Shown piece by piece: positions 55,737 through 63,737 of a stretch of 64,000 nt of DNA (its first letter is position 1; every line of letters starts with the position of its first letter). Position numbers and translations under genes: made by a program. The DNA comes from Desulfobulbaceae bacterium. Its GTDB lineage: Bacteria; Desulfobacterota; Desulfobulbia; Desulfobulbales; SURF-16. The notes below the pieces were generated by a model. The model had not been told where the DNA came from and searched no databases. It saw only the letters and a list, made by a program, of their open reading frames with translations. The stretch covers positions 19,793-83,792 of the forward strand of contig QKJV01000098.1 of assembly GCA_003249165.1 (NCBI GenBank), written 5' to 3'.

Positions 55737-56210
55737 ATGGCACGACCAGTGAAATGGAGAAAAATCGAAAATATACCGACGGTACCGTATTTTGTGCCGT
55801 CTGAAAAAGATATTGATGAGATACCGGGGAATGTTTTAAAGCTTGAAGAGCTTGAAGCGGTTAGACTGAAAGACCTTGAGGGACTTGAACAGGAAGAATG
55901 TGCACAGAAAATGCAAGTATCAAGACCAACCTTTCAGCGTATTCTTATTTCTGCAAGAGAAAAGATTACAGACAGCCTTGTTAATGGAAAAACACTCAAA
56001 ATTGAAGGCGGTAATTTTACAAGAAATATATGTCCTGTGAAATGTGCAGATTGCGGTAAGGAATGGTCAGAAAGCTTTGAGAAGCTGGAGATAATAAAAA
56101 ACGGTGAATATACCTGTCCGTCTTGTGGTTCAAGTCATGTTGAATGCATTAAAAAATGTGGTGGAAAGTTTTGTGATAAAAATTGCCGACGTCATTGCGG
56201 TGAAATATAA
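55737..56210 (+). CDS. DUF134 (UPF0251) DNA-binding protein with a Cys-rich C-terminal extension
   Basis: MARPVKWRKIENIPTVPYFVP...LEELEAVRLKDLEGLEQEECAQKMQVSRPTFQRIL. C-terminus has CADCG...CPSCG... Confidence 0.8.
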   Translation: MARPVKWRKIENIPTVPYFVPSEKDIDEIPGNVLKLEELEAVRLKDLEGLEQEECAQKMQVSRPTFQRILISAREKITDSLVNGKTLKIEGGNFTRNICPVKCADCGKEWSESFEKLEIIKNGEYTCPSCGSSHVECIKKCGGKFCDKNCRRHCGEI

Positions 56211-56382
56211 GAACCCGTTCTCATAGGCATCTATGAACATCTTTTAGGCAAATTTTTTTGATTAGTGCGTTAAAAATTCTTGTCATACGTAAGTATGCCT
56301 GCGAATTTTTGCCTTGTACTCAATAAAATTAAGCGCTAAAATCTGCACACATTTCCTATGAGAACTGGTTCTAAATATACTT

Positions 56383-56414
56383 CCGGTTGTTTTTTAAGAC
56401 AGCCGGTTTTTTTT
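56383..56414 (+). terminator. Rho-independent terminator
   Basis: ccggttgt / acagccgg stem followed by an 8-T run. Confidence 0.65.
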
Positions 56415-56425
56415 ATAATTAGTTA

Positions 56426-56454
56426 TTGACATATGACCAAAACTATGATATTAT
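56426..56454 (+). promoter_or_regulatory. Promoter TTGACA-17-TATTAT (extended -10) with an embedded ATATGACCAAAA box
   Basis: ATTGACATATGACCAAAA is identical to the 56769-56786 copy. Drives the DUF5320 gene. Confidence 0.65.
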
Positions 56455-56497
56455 ATTTATGGACATATGTTCATAAATATTTTGAGGAGGTGATTTT

Positions 56498-56719
56498 ATG
56501 CCAGGAATGGACGGTACAGGGCCAATGGGTTTTGGAGCACAATCTGGAAGAGGCAGCGGCTTATGCAGAAATACTTCAGGAAATGCAATGTTCGGGTGCG
56601 GACAAGGTTTTAGAAGAAACTGTTGTAATTTTCCTTCAGGAAATGCAGAAAGCCTAAAGCAGTACGAAAAGCAACTTGAAAAAAGACTCAGTGAAGTAAG
56701 AAGACAGATTGAAAAATAA
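56498..56719 (+). CDS. DUF5320-like Gly/Cys-rich small protein with a coiled-coil tail
   Basis: MPGMDGTGPMGFGAQSGRGSGLC... RBS gaggagg. Confidence 0.7.
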   Translation: MPGMDGTGPMGFGAQSGRGSGLCRNTSGNAMFGCGQGFRRNCCNFPSGNAESLKQYEKQLEKRLSEVRRQIEK

Positions 56720-56769
56720 CAGTCATTATCGAAAGAGGGCAGAAAATACTGCTCTCTTTCATTTATATA

Positions 56770-56798
56770 TTGACATATGACCAAAATAGTGATAAAAT
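56770..56798 (+). promoter_or_regulatory. Promoter TTGACA-17-TAAAAT (extended -10), duplicate of the 56426 promoter
   Basis: Same 18-nt ATTGACATATGACCAAAA. A further GACCAAAAC box lies at 56810-56818. Confidence 0.65.
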
Positions 56799-56832
56799 AT
56801 TGAGCATAAGACCAAAACATAAAAGAGGGTTT

Positions 56833-57648
56833 ATGATGAAAATAAGTATTTTAACTGAAAACAGAACAAGCAAAGGAAAGTTTCTTGCAGAGCATGGTTT
56901 ATCTGTATTCATTGAATTTAATGATATGAATATTCTGTTTGATACAGGACAAACAGATGTGTATTGTCATAATGCAAGCTTTATGGGTGTTGATTTAAGC
57001 AAAACAGATTGCATTATTTTGAGTCACGGACATTATGACCATTGCGGTGGCTATGTGCATTTTCCAGTGAAAGAAAAATACCCTGTTACTTATCTTCGGG
57101 AAATGGCTTTTGAAAGAAAGCTTACAAAAGATAAAAATGGTTACAGAGAAATAGGAATACCATGGAAGTACGAAAATTACAAAGATAAAATAGTTTTTAC
57201 TGACGAAAAAATGCATATAGCAGAAAATATTTATCTTTGTTCAGATATACCTTTTACTGTGCCGTTTGAAGAGCCGTTTAAAGGTTTGTTTGTTCTGAAT
57301 GGTGAAGAGAAAATAACGGACAGAATGCAGGATGAGCAGATGCTTGTTATTGACACTGAAAAAGGACTTGTTATTTTTATCGGATGCAGTCATCCTGGAA
57401 TTGCAAACTGCCTAAGCTATGCTAAAAAGCTTTTCCCTGACAAGAAAATAAATACGGTTTTTGCTGGAATGCATCTTGAGGTCGTAAGTGATGAAAGATT
57501 TGAAAAGACCGTTGATTTCCTTAAAAAACTTGATATTCAAAGAATTATACCCGTTCATTGCACTGGAGTTATCAAAGCATGTGAAATGAAGCGCATTTTG
57601 GGAGAACATTGCAGTATTTATGGTGCTGGTGATAGTTTTGAAATATAA
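56833..57648 (+). CDS. MBL-fold metallo-hydrolase
   Basis: ILSHGHYDHCGG motif. ATG at 56833 with RBS agaggg. Confidence 0.8.
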   Translation: MMKISILTENRTSKGKFLAEHGLSVFIEFNDMNILFDTGQTDVYCHNASFMGVDLSKTDCIILSHGHYDHCGGYVHFPVKEKYPVTYLREMAFERKLTKDKNGYREIGIPWKYENYKDKIVFTDEKMHIAENIYLCSDIPFTVPFEEPFKGLFVLNGEEKITDRMQDEQMLVIDTEKGLVIFIGCSHPGIANCLSYAKKLFPDKKINTVFAGMHLEVVSDERFEKTVDFLKKLDIQRIIPVHCTGVIKACEMKRILGEHCSIYGAGDSFEI

Positions 57649-57668
57649 CATAAAAGGAAGAAAATACA

Positions 57669-59060
57669 TTGGTTCATACTTATAAATTAAACGATTGCTT
57701 TATAGCGATTGACGGAAACAGCGGAAGCATTCATCTTCTGGATGAAATAACTTATGATATACTGAAAGACTCAGAGGAATTGTCTGAGCTGTCAGAAATA
57801 ATACAAAGATTAAATAAAAAGTATCCTTTGAATGAAATTCAAGATGCTTACAATGAAATAATTGAGCTTAAAAATGATGATGTTCTTTTTACGGAAAATC
57901 AAGATTTAGAAAAGCTGGCACATTCAAAAAATATTGATACAAGTGTTAAGGCAATGTGCCTTCATGTATCACATGACTGTAATTTAAGATGCGAGTATTG
58001 TTTTGCATCTGAGGGAGATTATAACTGCGGACGAAAACTGATGAGTATAGAAACAGCGAAAAAAGCTGTGGATTATCTTATTGAAAATTCAAGTGGCAGA
58101 TCAAACATTGAAATAGATTTTTTCGGAGGAGAACCGATGATGAATTTTGATGTTGTAAAAGAAACGGTTGCATATGGAAGAAGTCTTGAAAAAAGTACCG
58201 GTAAGCATTTTTGGTTTACGACAACCACTAATGGTACTTTGATGAATAAGGAACGAATTGACTTTATAAACGAGAATATGGACAATGTCGTTATCAGCGT
58301 TGACGGACGAAAAGAAGTACATGATAAAATACGACATGACTGTGCAGGAAACGGCAGCTATGATAGAATAATACCCAATGCTAAAGAACTTGTTGAAGGA
58401 AGAAACGGTAAAAGCTATTTTATAAGAGGTACTTTTACTGCTAAAAACAAAGACTTTTCTAATGATGTTATGCACCTTGCAGATTTAGGCTTTAAGGAAA
58501 TATCTGTTGAGCCTGTTGTAGGTTCGGGAGGTGATTTGTATTTTACAGAAGCAGATGTTCCAGAATTATTAGCTGAATATGAAAATCTTGCATTTAAATA
58601 TCTAGACAGATTAAATAAAGGCGATGATTTCCGCTTTTATCATTTCAATATTAATCTTTATGACGGACCTTGTCTGTTTAAAAGAATAACTGCTTGTGGT
58701 GCAGGATATGAATATGTTGCGGTCGACCCTGACGGAAAGATTTTTCCATGCCATCAATTTGTAGGTCATGATGAATTTTCAATAGGTGATATAAATAATG
58801 GCATAACAAAACCTGAACTCAGTAAAGAATTTCAGCAGAATAATATTTTCAAAAAGCCAAAATGCTGTGAATGTTGGGCAAAGCTCTTCTGCTCTGGCGG
58901 ATGTCATGCAAATGCATTTTTTACAAACGGCAGTATTTATGAGCCTAATGAATTAAGCTGTACTTTGCAGAAAAAGAGAATAGAATGTGCTGTAATGATT
59001 CAAATTAAGCTTGAATCTGAAAAAGCAGAAAAAGAGGAGAAAAATTATGTTTTGCTGTAA
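57669..59060 (+). CDS. Radical SAM enzyme with a SPASM domain (anSME/peptide-maturase class)
   Basis: CNLRCEYCF CxxxCxxC motif. C-terminal CGAG...CHQF...CCECWAKLFCSGGCHAN auxiliary clusters. TTG start. Confidence 0.85.
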   Translation: MVHTYKLNDCFIAIDGNSGSIHLLDEITYDILKDSEELSELSEIIQRLNKKYPLNEIQDAYNEIIELKNDDVLFTENQDLEKLAHSKNIDTSVKAMCLHVSHDCNLRCEYCFASEGDYNCGRKLMSIETAKKAVDYLIENSSGRSNIEIDFFGGEPMMNFDVVKETVAYGRSLEKSTGKHFWFTTTTNGTLMNKERIDFINENMDNVVISVDGRKEVHDKIRHDCAGNGSYDRIIPNAKELVEGRNGKSYFIRGTFTAKNKDFSNDVMHLADLGFKEISVEPVVGSGGDLYFTEADVPELLAEYENLAFKYLDRLNKGDDFRFYHFNINLYDGPCLFKRITACGAGYEYVAVDPDGKIFPCHQFVGHDEFSIGDINNGITKPELSKEFQQNNIFKKPKCCECWAKLFCSGGCHANAFFTNGSIYEPNELSCTLQKKRIECAVMIQIKLESEKAEKEEKNYVLL

Positions 59061-59433
59061 TTTTTCAGACAAGGTGTTAGAACATTTTATGACTCCGAGA
59101 AATTCAGGGAGTATGGTTGACGCTGACAGTATCGGTACAGCAGGAGATCCGGCATGCGGTGATAGTTTGATTTTATATATCAAAGTTAAAGACAATATCA
59201 TTGAAGATATAAGCTTTATGGTTTTTGGATGTGTAGCTGCAATTGCAACAAGCAGTATGTCAACAGAACTGGCTAAAGGAAAATCGTTGGACGAAGCTTA
59301 TAAAATTACTGATAAAGATATTGCAGATGCTCTTGATGGTTTGCCTGAACAAAAAATGCACTGCTCAGTACTTGGAGCAACTGCACTAAAAAATGCCATA
59401 GATAATTATTATTCAAAAATAAACGGAAAGTGA
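59047..59433 (+). CDS. IscU/NifU N-terminal-type Fe-S scaffold protein
   Basis: GDPACGD, FGCVAAIATSS, HCSVLG cluster ligands. ATG at 59047 with RBS gaggag. Confidence 0.85.
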   Translation: MFCCNFSDKVLEHFMTPRNSGSMVDADSIGTAGDPACGDSLILYIKVKDNIIEDISFMVFGCVAAIATSSMSTELAKGKSLDEAYKITDKDIADALDGLPEQKMHCSVLGATALKNAIDNYYSKINGK

Positions 59434-59442
59434 GATTTTGAT

Positions 59443-59937
59443 ATGGAAAAGAAAAGTGCCAATATGAAAACATGTTTACAGCCTGCACCAAAGGTTTTAG
59501 TATCATGCAGAGGACTTGATGGTGAGGATAACGTTCTTGCTGTGGGATACTGTGGAAATTGCAGCTATGCACCGCCAATGGTTATGGTGGGAATTGTTCC
59601 GTCAAGGTATTCCTATAAAATGATTAAGGAATCAGGCTGTTTTGTAGTAAATCTTGTTGATGCAAGTTATCAGAAAGAATTCGATTATCTTGGTAAAAAC
59701 AGCAAGCGTGATGGCGATAAGCTTAAGGAAATGAATATTAAGCTTGAAAATGCCAAAATTGTTAATGCACCGATAATGTCAGATTGTCCTGTTAATATTG
59801 AATGTACGGTTGTGGATTCTATTGTTACAGGTTCTCATGAAATGTTTATTGGCAAAGTTGAATATGTTCATGCGGATAAATCAATAGTTGATAATGAAGG
59901 CAATTTAGATTTTTCTAAAATTAATTTTATAAAATAG
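59443..59937 (+). CDS. Flavin reductase-like (flavoredoxin) protein
   Basis: PKVLVSCRG...NVLAVGYCG...MVMVGIVPSRYSYKMIKESGCFVVNL pattern. Confidence 0.7.
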   Translation: MEKKSANMKTCLQPAPKVLVSCRGLDGEDNVLAVGYCGNCSYAPPMVMVGIVPSRYSYKMIKESGCFVVNLVDASYQKEFDYLGKNSKRDGDKLKEMNIKLENAKIVNAPIMSDCPVNIECTVVDSIVTGSHEMFIGKVEYVHADKSIVDNEGNLDFSKINFIK

Positions 59938-59952
59938 TTAGGAGAATTTAAT

Positions 59953-60801
59953 ATGTCAGAAAATAACAAGTCTTGTTCGGAGGAATGTTCAAAGGAATCA
60001 TGCGAGGAATGTAGTAAAAGTCCTGAAAGCTTGATTGAGAAAACGCATGAGTTTAACTCTATAAAAAAAGTAATTGGTGTTGTCAGTGGCAAAGGCGGTG
60101 TTGGCAAATCAATCGTTACTTCAATGCTAGCGGTTCTCATGAACAGAAAAGGCTATAAAAGTGCTGTTCTTGATGCTGATGTAACAGGGCCATCAATTCC
60201 AAAAATATTTGGTATTAAAGAAAAAGCACAAAGCAATGAATTAGGTTTATTCCCAGCAAAAAGCAAAACAGATATAGGAATTATGTCTGTAAACCTTTTG
60301 CTTGAAAATGACACAGATCCAGTAGTATGGAGAGGGCCTATAATTGCAGGAACTGTAAAGCAGTTCTGGACAGACGTGCTTTGGGGTGATGTGGACTATA
60401 TGTTTATAGATATGCCGCCGGGAACCGGTGATGTTCCTCTTACTGTATTTCAGTCAATTCCTGTTGACGGTATAATTATTGTAACATCACCACAGGAGCT
60501 AGTTTCTATGATTGTAGAAAAGGCTGTAAAAATGGCTCAAATGATGGATATCCCAATATTGGGACTTGTAGAAAATATGAGCTATTTCAAATGTCCTGAC
60601 TGCGGAAAAGAAATAAGTATATTTGGAGAAAGTCATATTGAGAGGATAGCCACAGATAATAATATTACAAATATAGCAAAGCTTCCTATAAATCCGAAAA
60701 TTGCAGCGGCATGCGATAAGGGAGTAATTGAACTTTTTGATGGAAATTGGCTTGATAATATTGCGGACAATTTTGAAAAAATGATTGATTCGGAGAAATA
60801 A
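59953..60801 (+). CDS. Mrp/NBP35-family Fe-S cluster carrier ATPase
   Basis: VVSGKGGVGKS deviant Walker A, DMPPGTGD, CPDCG. Confidence 0.85.
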   Translation: MSENNKSCSEECSKESCEECSKSPESLIEKTHEFNSIKKVIGVVSGKGGVGKSIVTSMLAVLMNRKGYKSAVLDADVTGPSIPKIFGIKEKAQSNELGLFPAKSKTDIGIMSVNLLLENDTDPVVWRGPIIAGTVKQFWTDVLWGDVDYMFIDMPPGTGDVPLTVFQSIPVDGIIIVTSPQELVSMIVEKAVKMAQMMDIPILGLVENMSYFKCPDCGKEISIFGESHIERIATDNNITNIAKLPINPKIAAACDKGVIELFDGNWLDNIADNFEKMIDSEK

Positions 60802-60802
60802 C

Positions 60803-61276
60803 ATGGCAGATTACTCAAAAAAGGCAATGGACTTATTTAAACAGGGATATAACTGCTCGCAGGCGGTATTTATTGCATTTTGCGATAAAACAGGGCTTGA
60901 TGAAGAAACTGCTTTAAAAATTTCGTCTTCCTTCGGTGGAGGAATGGGCAGACTTCGTGAAGTGTGCGGAGCAGTAACAGGTATGTTTATGGTTGCAGGA
61001 ATGATGTACGGTTATTCTGACCCAAAGGATAATAAAGCCAAAACCGAACATTATAAACTTATTCAAAAGCTTGCAAATAAATTTAAAGACGAAAACGGAT
61101 CTATAATATGCCGTGAACTATTGGGACTTGGTGCAGGCGCAGATAAACCTGTTCCGGAACTTCGAACACAGGAATATTACAAAAAGCGTCCATGTGCAGA
61201 GCTTGTGGGCTGTGCGGCAGGAATTATGGAAGAATATATTAAGGAGAGAGAAAATGAAAATTGCATTACCTGTTGA
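60803..61276 (+). CDS. C_GCAxxG_C_C family redox-active protein
   Basis: GYNCSQAV, EVCGAVTG, RPCAELVGCAAG. Confidence 0.8.
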   Translation: MADYSKKAMDLFKQGYNCSQAVFIAFCDKTGLDEETALKISSSFGGGMGRLREVCGAVTGMFMVAGMMYGYSDPKDNKAKTEHYKLIQKLANKFKDENGSIICRELLGLGAGADKPVPELRTQEYYKKRPCAELVGCAAGIMEEYIKERENENCITC

Positions 61277-61625
61277 AGAAAAGATACTGAATACACCAGT
61301 GTGTGTTTCATTTGGAAGAACCCCACTATTCGTGATATTTGATACCGAAAATGGTGAGTTTGAATTTATTGATAACAGTGCTGCTGCAAGTCAGGGCGGT
61401 GCAGGGATAAAAGCTGCACAGCTTCTTGCAGATAAAGGAGCTAAAGCAGTTATTACATTCCGATGCGGTGAAAATGCAGCAGCGGTATTAAAACCGGCAG
61501 AAATTACGCTGTACAAGGCTGTTGATGGAACTGCCTTTGATAATATTGAAAAGTTCAGGTTAGGAGAATTATCGCATTTGAATGATATTCATCCGGGCTT
61601 TCATAATCACGGAGGCAAAGAATAA
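61254..61625 (+). CDS. NifB/NifX-like (dinitrogenase FeMo-cofactor-binding domain) protein
   Basis: MKIALPVEE...FGRTPLFVIFD...GAGIKAAQLLADKGAKAVI. I preferred the internal start over the track start at 61113. Confidence 0.7.
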   Translation: MKIALPVEEKILNTPVCVSFGRTPLFVIFDTENGEFEFIDNSAAASQGGAGIKAAQLLADKGAKAVITFRCGENAAAVLKPAEITLYKAVDGTAFDNIEKFRLGELSHLNDIHPGFHNHGGKE

Positions 61626-62458
61626 TGCAGATTGCTGTTCTCAGCGGTAAAGGTGGTACAGGTAAAACTTTTATTTCTGTCAATCTCGCATGTGTTACTG
61701 AAAATGCGGTATATGTTGATTGTGATGTAGAAGAACCGAACGGACATCTTTTCTTCAAGCCTGAAATTACAGCAAAACAGCCTGTTTCTGTGAGCGTTCC
61801 GGAATGGGATGAAAGCAAATGTACATTTTGCCGTAGGTGTGTGGATTTCTGCCGATACAATGCACTTGCCATGATAAAAGACAACCTTTATGTTTTCAAT
61901 GAAGTATGTCATTCCTGCGGCGGCTGTATGATACTTTGCCCTCAAAAAGCAATAACTGAAAAGCCACGTGAGATAGGCATTGTAGAAACAGGAAAATCAG
62001 GTGAAGTTACCGTTCTGACAGGCTGTCTTAACACGGGTGAGGTTTCTGGTGTGCCTGTAATAAAAGCACTGCTTGAAAAGCTTGACGGAATCAGTGACAC
62101 AATTATTGACTGTCCTCCGGGAAGTGCTTGTGTTGTCATGGAGAGCATAAAAAAAGCTGATTATTGTATTCTTGTTGCAGAGCCAACATTGTTCGGAGTG
62201 CATAATTTTCAGATGGTATATGAGCTTGTAAAGCAGTTTAAAAAGCCGTTTGGAGCAGTTCTGAACAAATGCATTGACGGTGAAAATCCTGCTGAAAATT
62301 TCTGTATAGAAAATAGCATTCCCATACTCTCAAAGTTTCCTTATAATGATGAGCTGGCAAAAATCAATTCATCAGGTCTTATTGCAGCGCGTGAAAATGT
62401 GGAATTTGCAGAGCAGTTTAGACAGCTTTTATCGGCAGTAAAGGAGGCGGTTTTGTGA
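61625..62458 (+). CDS. MinD/ParA-type P-loop ATPase with an inserted 2x[4Fe-4S] ferredoxin domain
   Basis: LSGKGGTGKT, CTFCRRCVDFC, CHSCGGCMILCP. Confidence 0.8.
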   Translation: MQIAVLSGKGGTGKTFISVNLACVTENAVYVDCDVEEPNGHLFFKPEITAKQPVSVSVPEWDESKCTFCRRCVDFCRYNALAMIKDNLYVFNEVCHSCGGCMILCPQKAITEKPREIGIVETGKSGEVTVLTGCLNTGEVSGVPVIKALLEKLDGISDTIIDCPPGSACVVMESIKKADYCILVAEPTLFGVHNFQMVYELVKQFKKPFGAVLNKCIDGENPAENFCIENSIPILSKFPYNDELAKINSSGLIAARENVEFAEQFRQLLSAVKEAVL

Positions 62459-63309
62459 AACAGCTTCTTGTATTAAGCGGAAAGGGCGGAACAGGTAAAA
62501 CAACGGTTTCGTCAGCTTTAATTGCACTAAGCGGAGCAAAAGCCTTTGCTGACTGTGATGTTGATGCACCTAATCTTCATCTTGTAACAGCACAGGATAT
62601 CAAGCCGCAGACAAGTGATTATTATGGATTTCAAAAAGCCTATATAGATTCTGAAAAATGCATAAAATGCGGATTGTGCGAAGAAACCTGCCGATTTAAT
62701 GCGATACATGATTTTGCTGTGAATGTTTCGGAATGTGAGGGCTGTGCAGTTTGCTCAGAAATATGTCCTGTTAATGCAATTAAAATGCTGGACTTTTCAT
62801 CTGGCGAGATGATGTTATATAAAGATGAAGTCAGAGCATTTTCAACTGCAAAGCTTAAAACTGGAAGCGGAGCGTCGGGTAAGCTTGTGACAGCGGTAAA
62901 AAAACAGCTTAAAGACAATTCGCACAATTCTGAATTTGCAATAATAGATGGTTCACCCGGAATAGGTTGTCCTGTTATTGCATCAATTAGCGGTGTCAAT
63001 ATGGTTATGATTGTTGCGGAGCCTACTGTTTCGGGAATTCATGACATGAAAAGAATTATTGAAACAGCAAAGAAATTCGGCACAAAATGCGCTGTATGTA
63101 TCAATAAATATGATGTTAATGAGAGCAAGTCCGATGAAATTGAGGAATACTGCAATTCAATAGACATAAAAGTTTTTGGCAGAATACCGTATGATAAAAC
63201 TGTTTCACATGCAGTAAATAATTGCAGAAGTATAGCTGAATATCCCGAAAGTCAAGCTGCGAAAGCGATTTCAGAAATATGGGATAAAATAAAAAATATA
63301 TTATTTTAA
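62455..63309 (+). CDS. MinD/ParA-type P-loop ATPase with an inserted 2x[4Fe-4S] ferredoxin domain (paralogue)
   Basis: LSGKGGTGKT, CIKCGLCEETC, CEGCAVCSEICP. 4-nt overlap with the previous gene. Confidence 0.8.
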   Translation: MKQLLVLSGKGGTGKTTVSSALIALSGAKAFADCDVDAPNLHLVTAQDIKPQTSDYYGFQKAYIDSEKCIKCGLCEETCRFNAIHDFAVNVSECEGCAVCSEICPVNAIKMLDFSSGEMMLYKDEVRAFSTAKLKTGSGASGKLVTAVKKQLKDNSHNSEFAIIDGSPGIGCPVIASISGVNMVMIVAEPTVSGIHDMKRIIETAKKFGTKCAVCINKYDVNESKSDEIEEYCNSIDIKVFGRIPYDKTVSHAVNNCRSIAEYPESQAAKAISEIWDKIKNILF

Positions 63310-63321
63310 GGAGAGATTATT

Positions 63322-63678
63322 ATGAAAATAGCAACAGCAAGCGAAGGTAAAATGGTAACGGAGCATTTTGGACATTGTGAGGGTTTCAACATTTTTGATG
63401 CCAATAGCGGAAAAATAACAGGAAGTGAATTTGTACCTAATCCAGGACACAGACCAGGTTTTCTCCCAGTTTTTCTTGCTGAAAAAGGTGTTAAGGTGAT
63501 TATCTCAGGTGGAATGGGACAGGGCGCAATCGACATATTCAACGAAAAAGGCATTGAAGTTATAACTGGTGCGTCAGGCGTTGCTGAAGATGTGGTTAAT
63601 AGTTACTTACAGGGCAAGCTTAAATCAACAGGCTCAGTTTGCCATGAACATCAGCACCATGATGAGTGCGGAGAATAA
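63322..63678 (+). CDS. NifB/NifX-like domain protein
   Basis: MKIATASEGKMVTEHFGHCEGFNIFD...GGMGQGAIDIFNEKGIEV. Confidence 0.7.
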   Translation: MKIATASEGKMVTEHFGHCEGFNIFDANSGKITGSEFVPNPGHRPGFLPVFLAEKGVKVIISGGMGQGAIDIFNEKGIEVITGASGVAEDVVNSYLQGKLKSTGSVCHEHQHHDECGE

Positions 63679-63697
63679 CTTAAAAAATAAAAAAAAG

Positions 63698-63737
63698 AAA
63701 GAGATATGCCATTAGTGAGCATATCTCTTTTATTTTT
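63698..63737. terminator. Bidirectional rho-independent terminator
   Basis: aaagagatatgc-cattagtga-gcatatctcttt flanked by A-run and T-run. Sits between convergent genes. Confidence 0.7.

Noticed and set aside
56211-59060. A canonical SCIFF (six-Cys-in-45) precursor next to the SPASM rSAM gene.
   Set aside because: I could not find a short ORF with the SCIFF Cys pattern by eye in the flanking intergenic regions.
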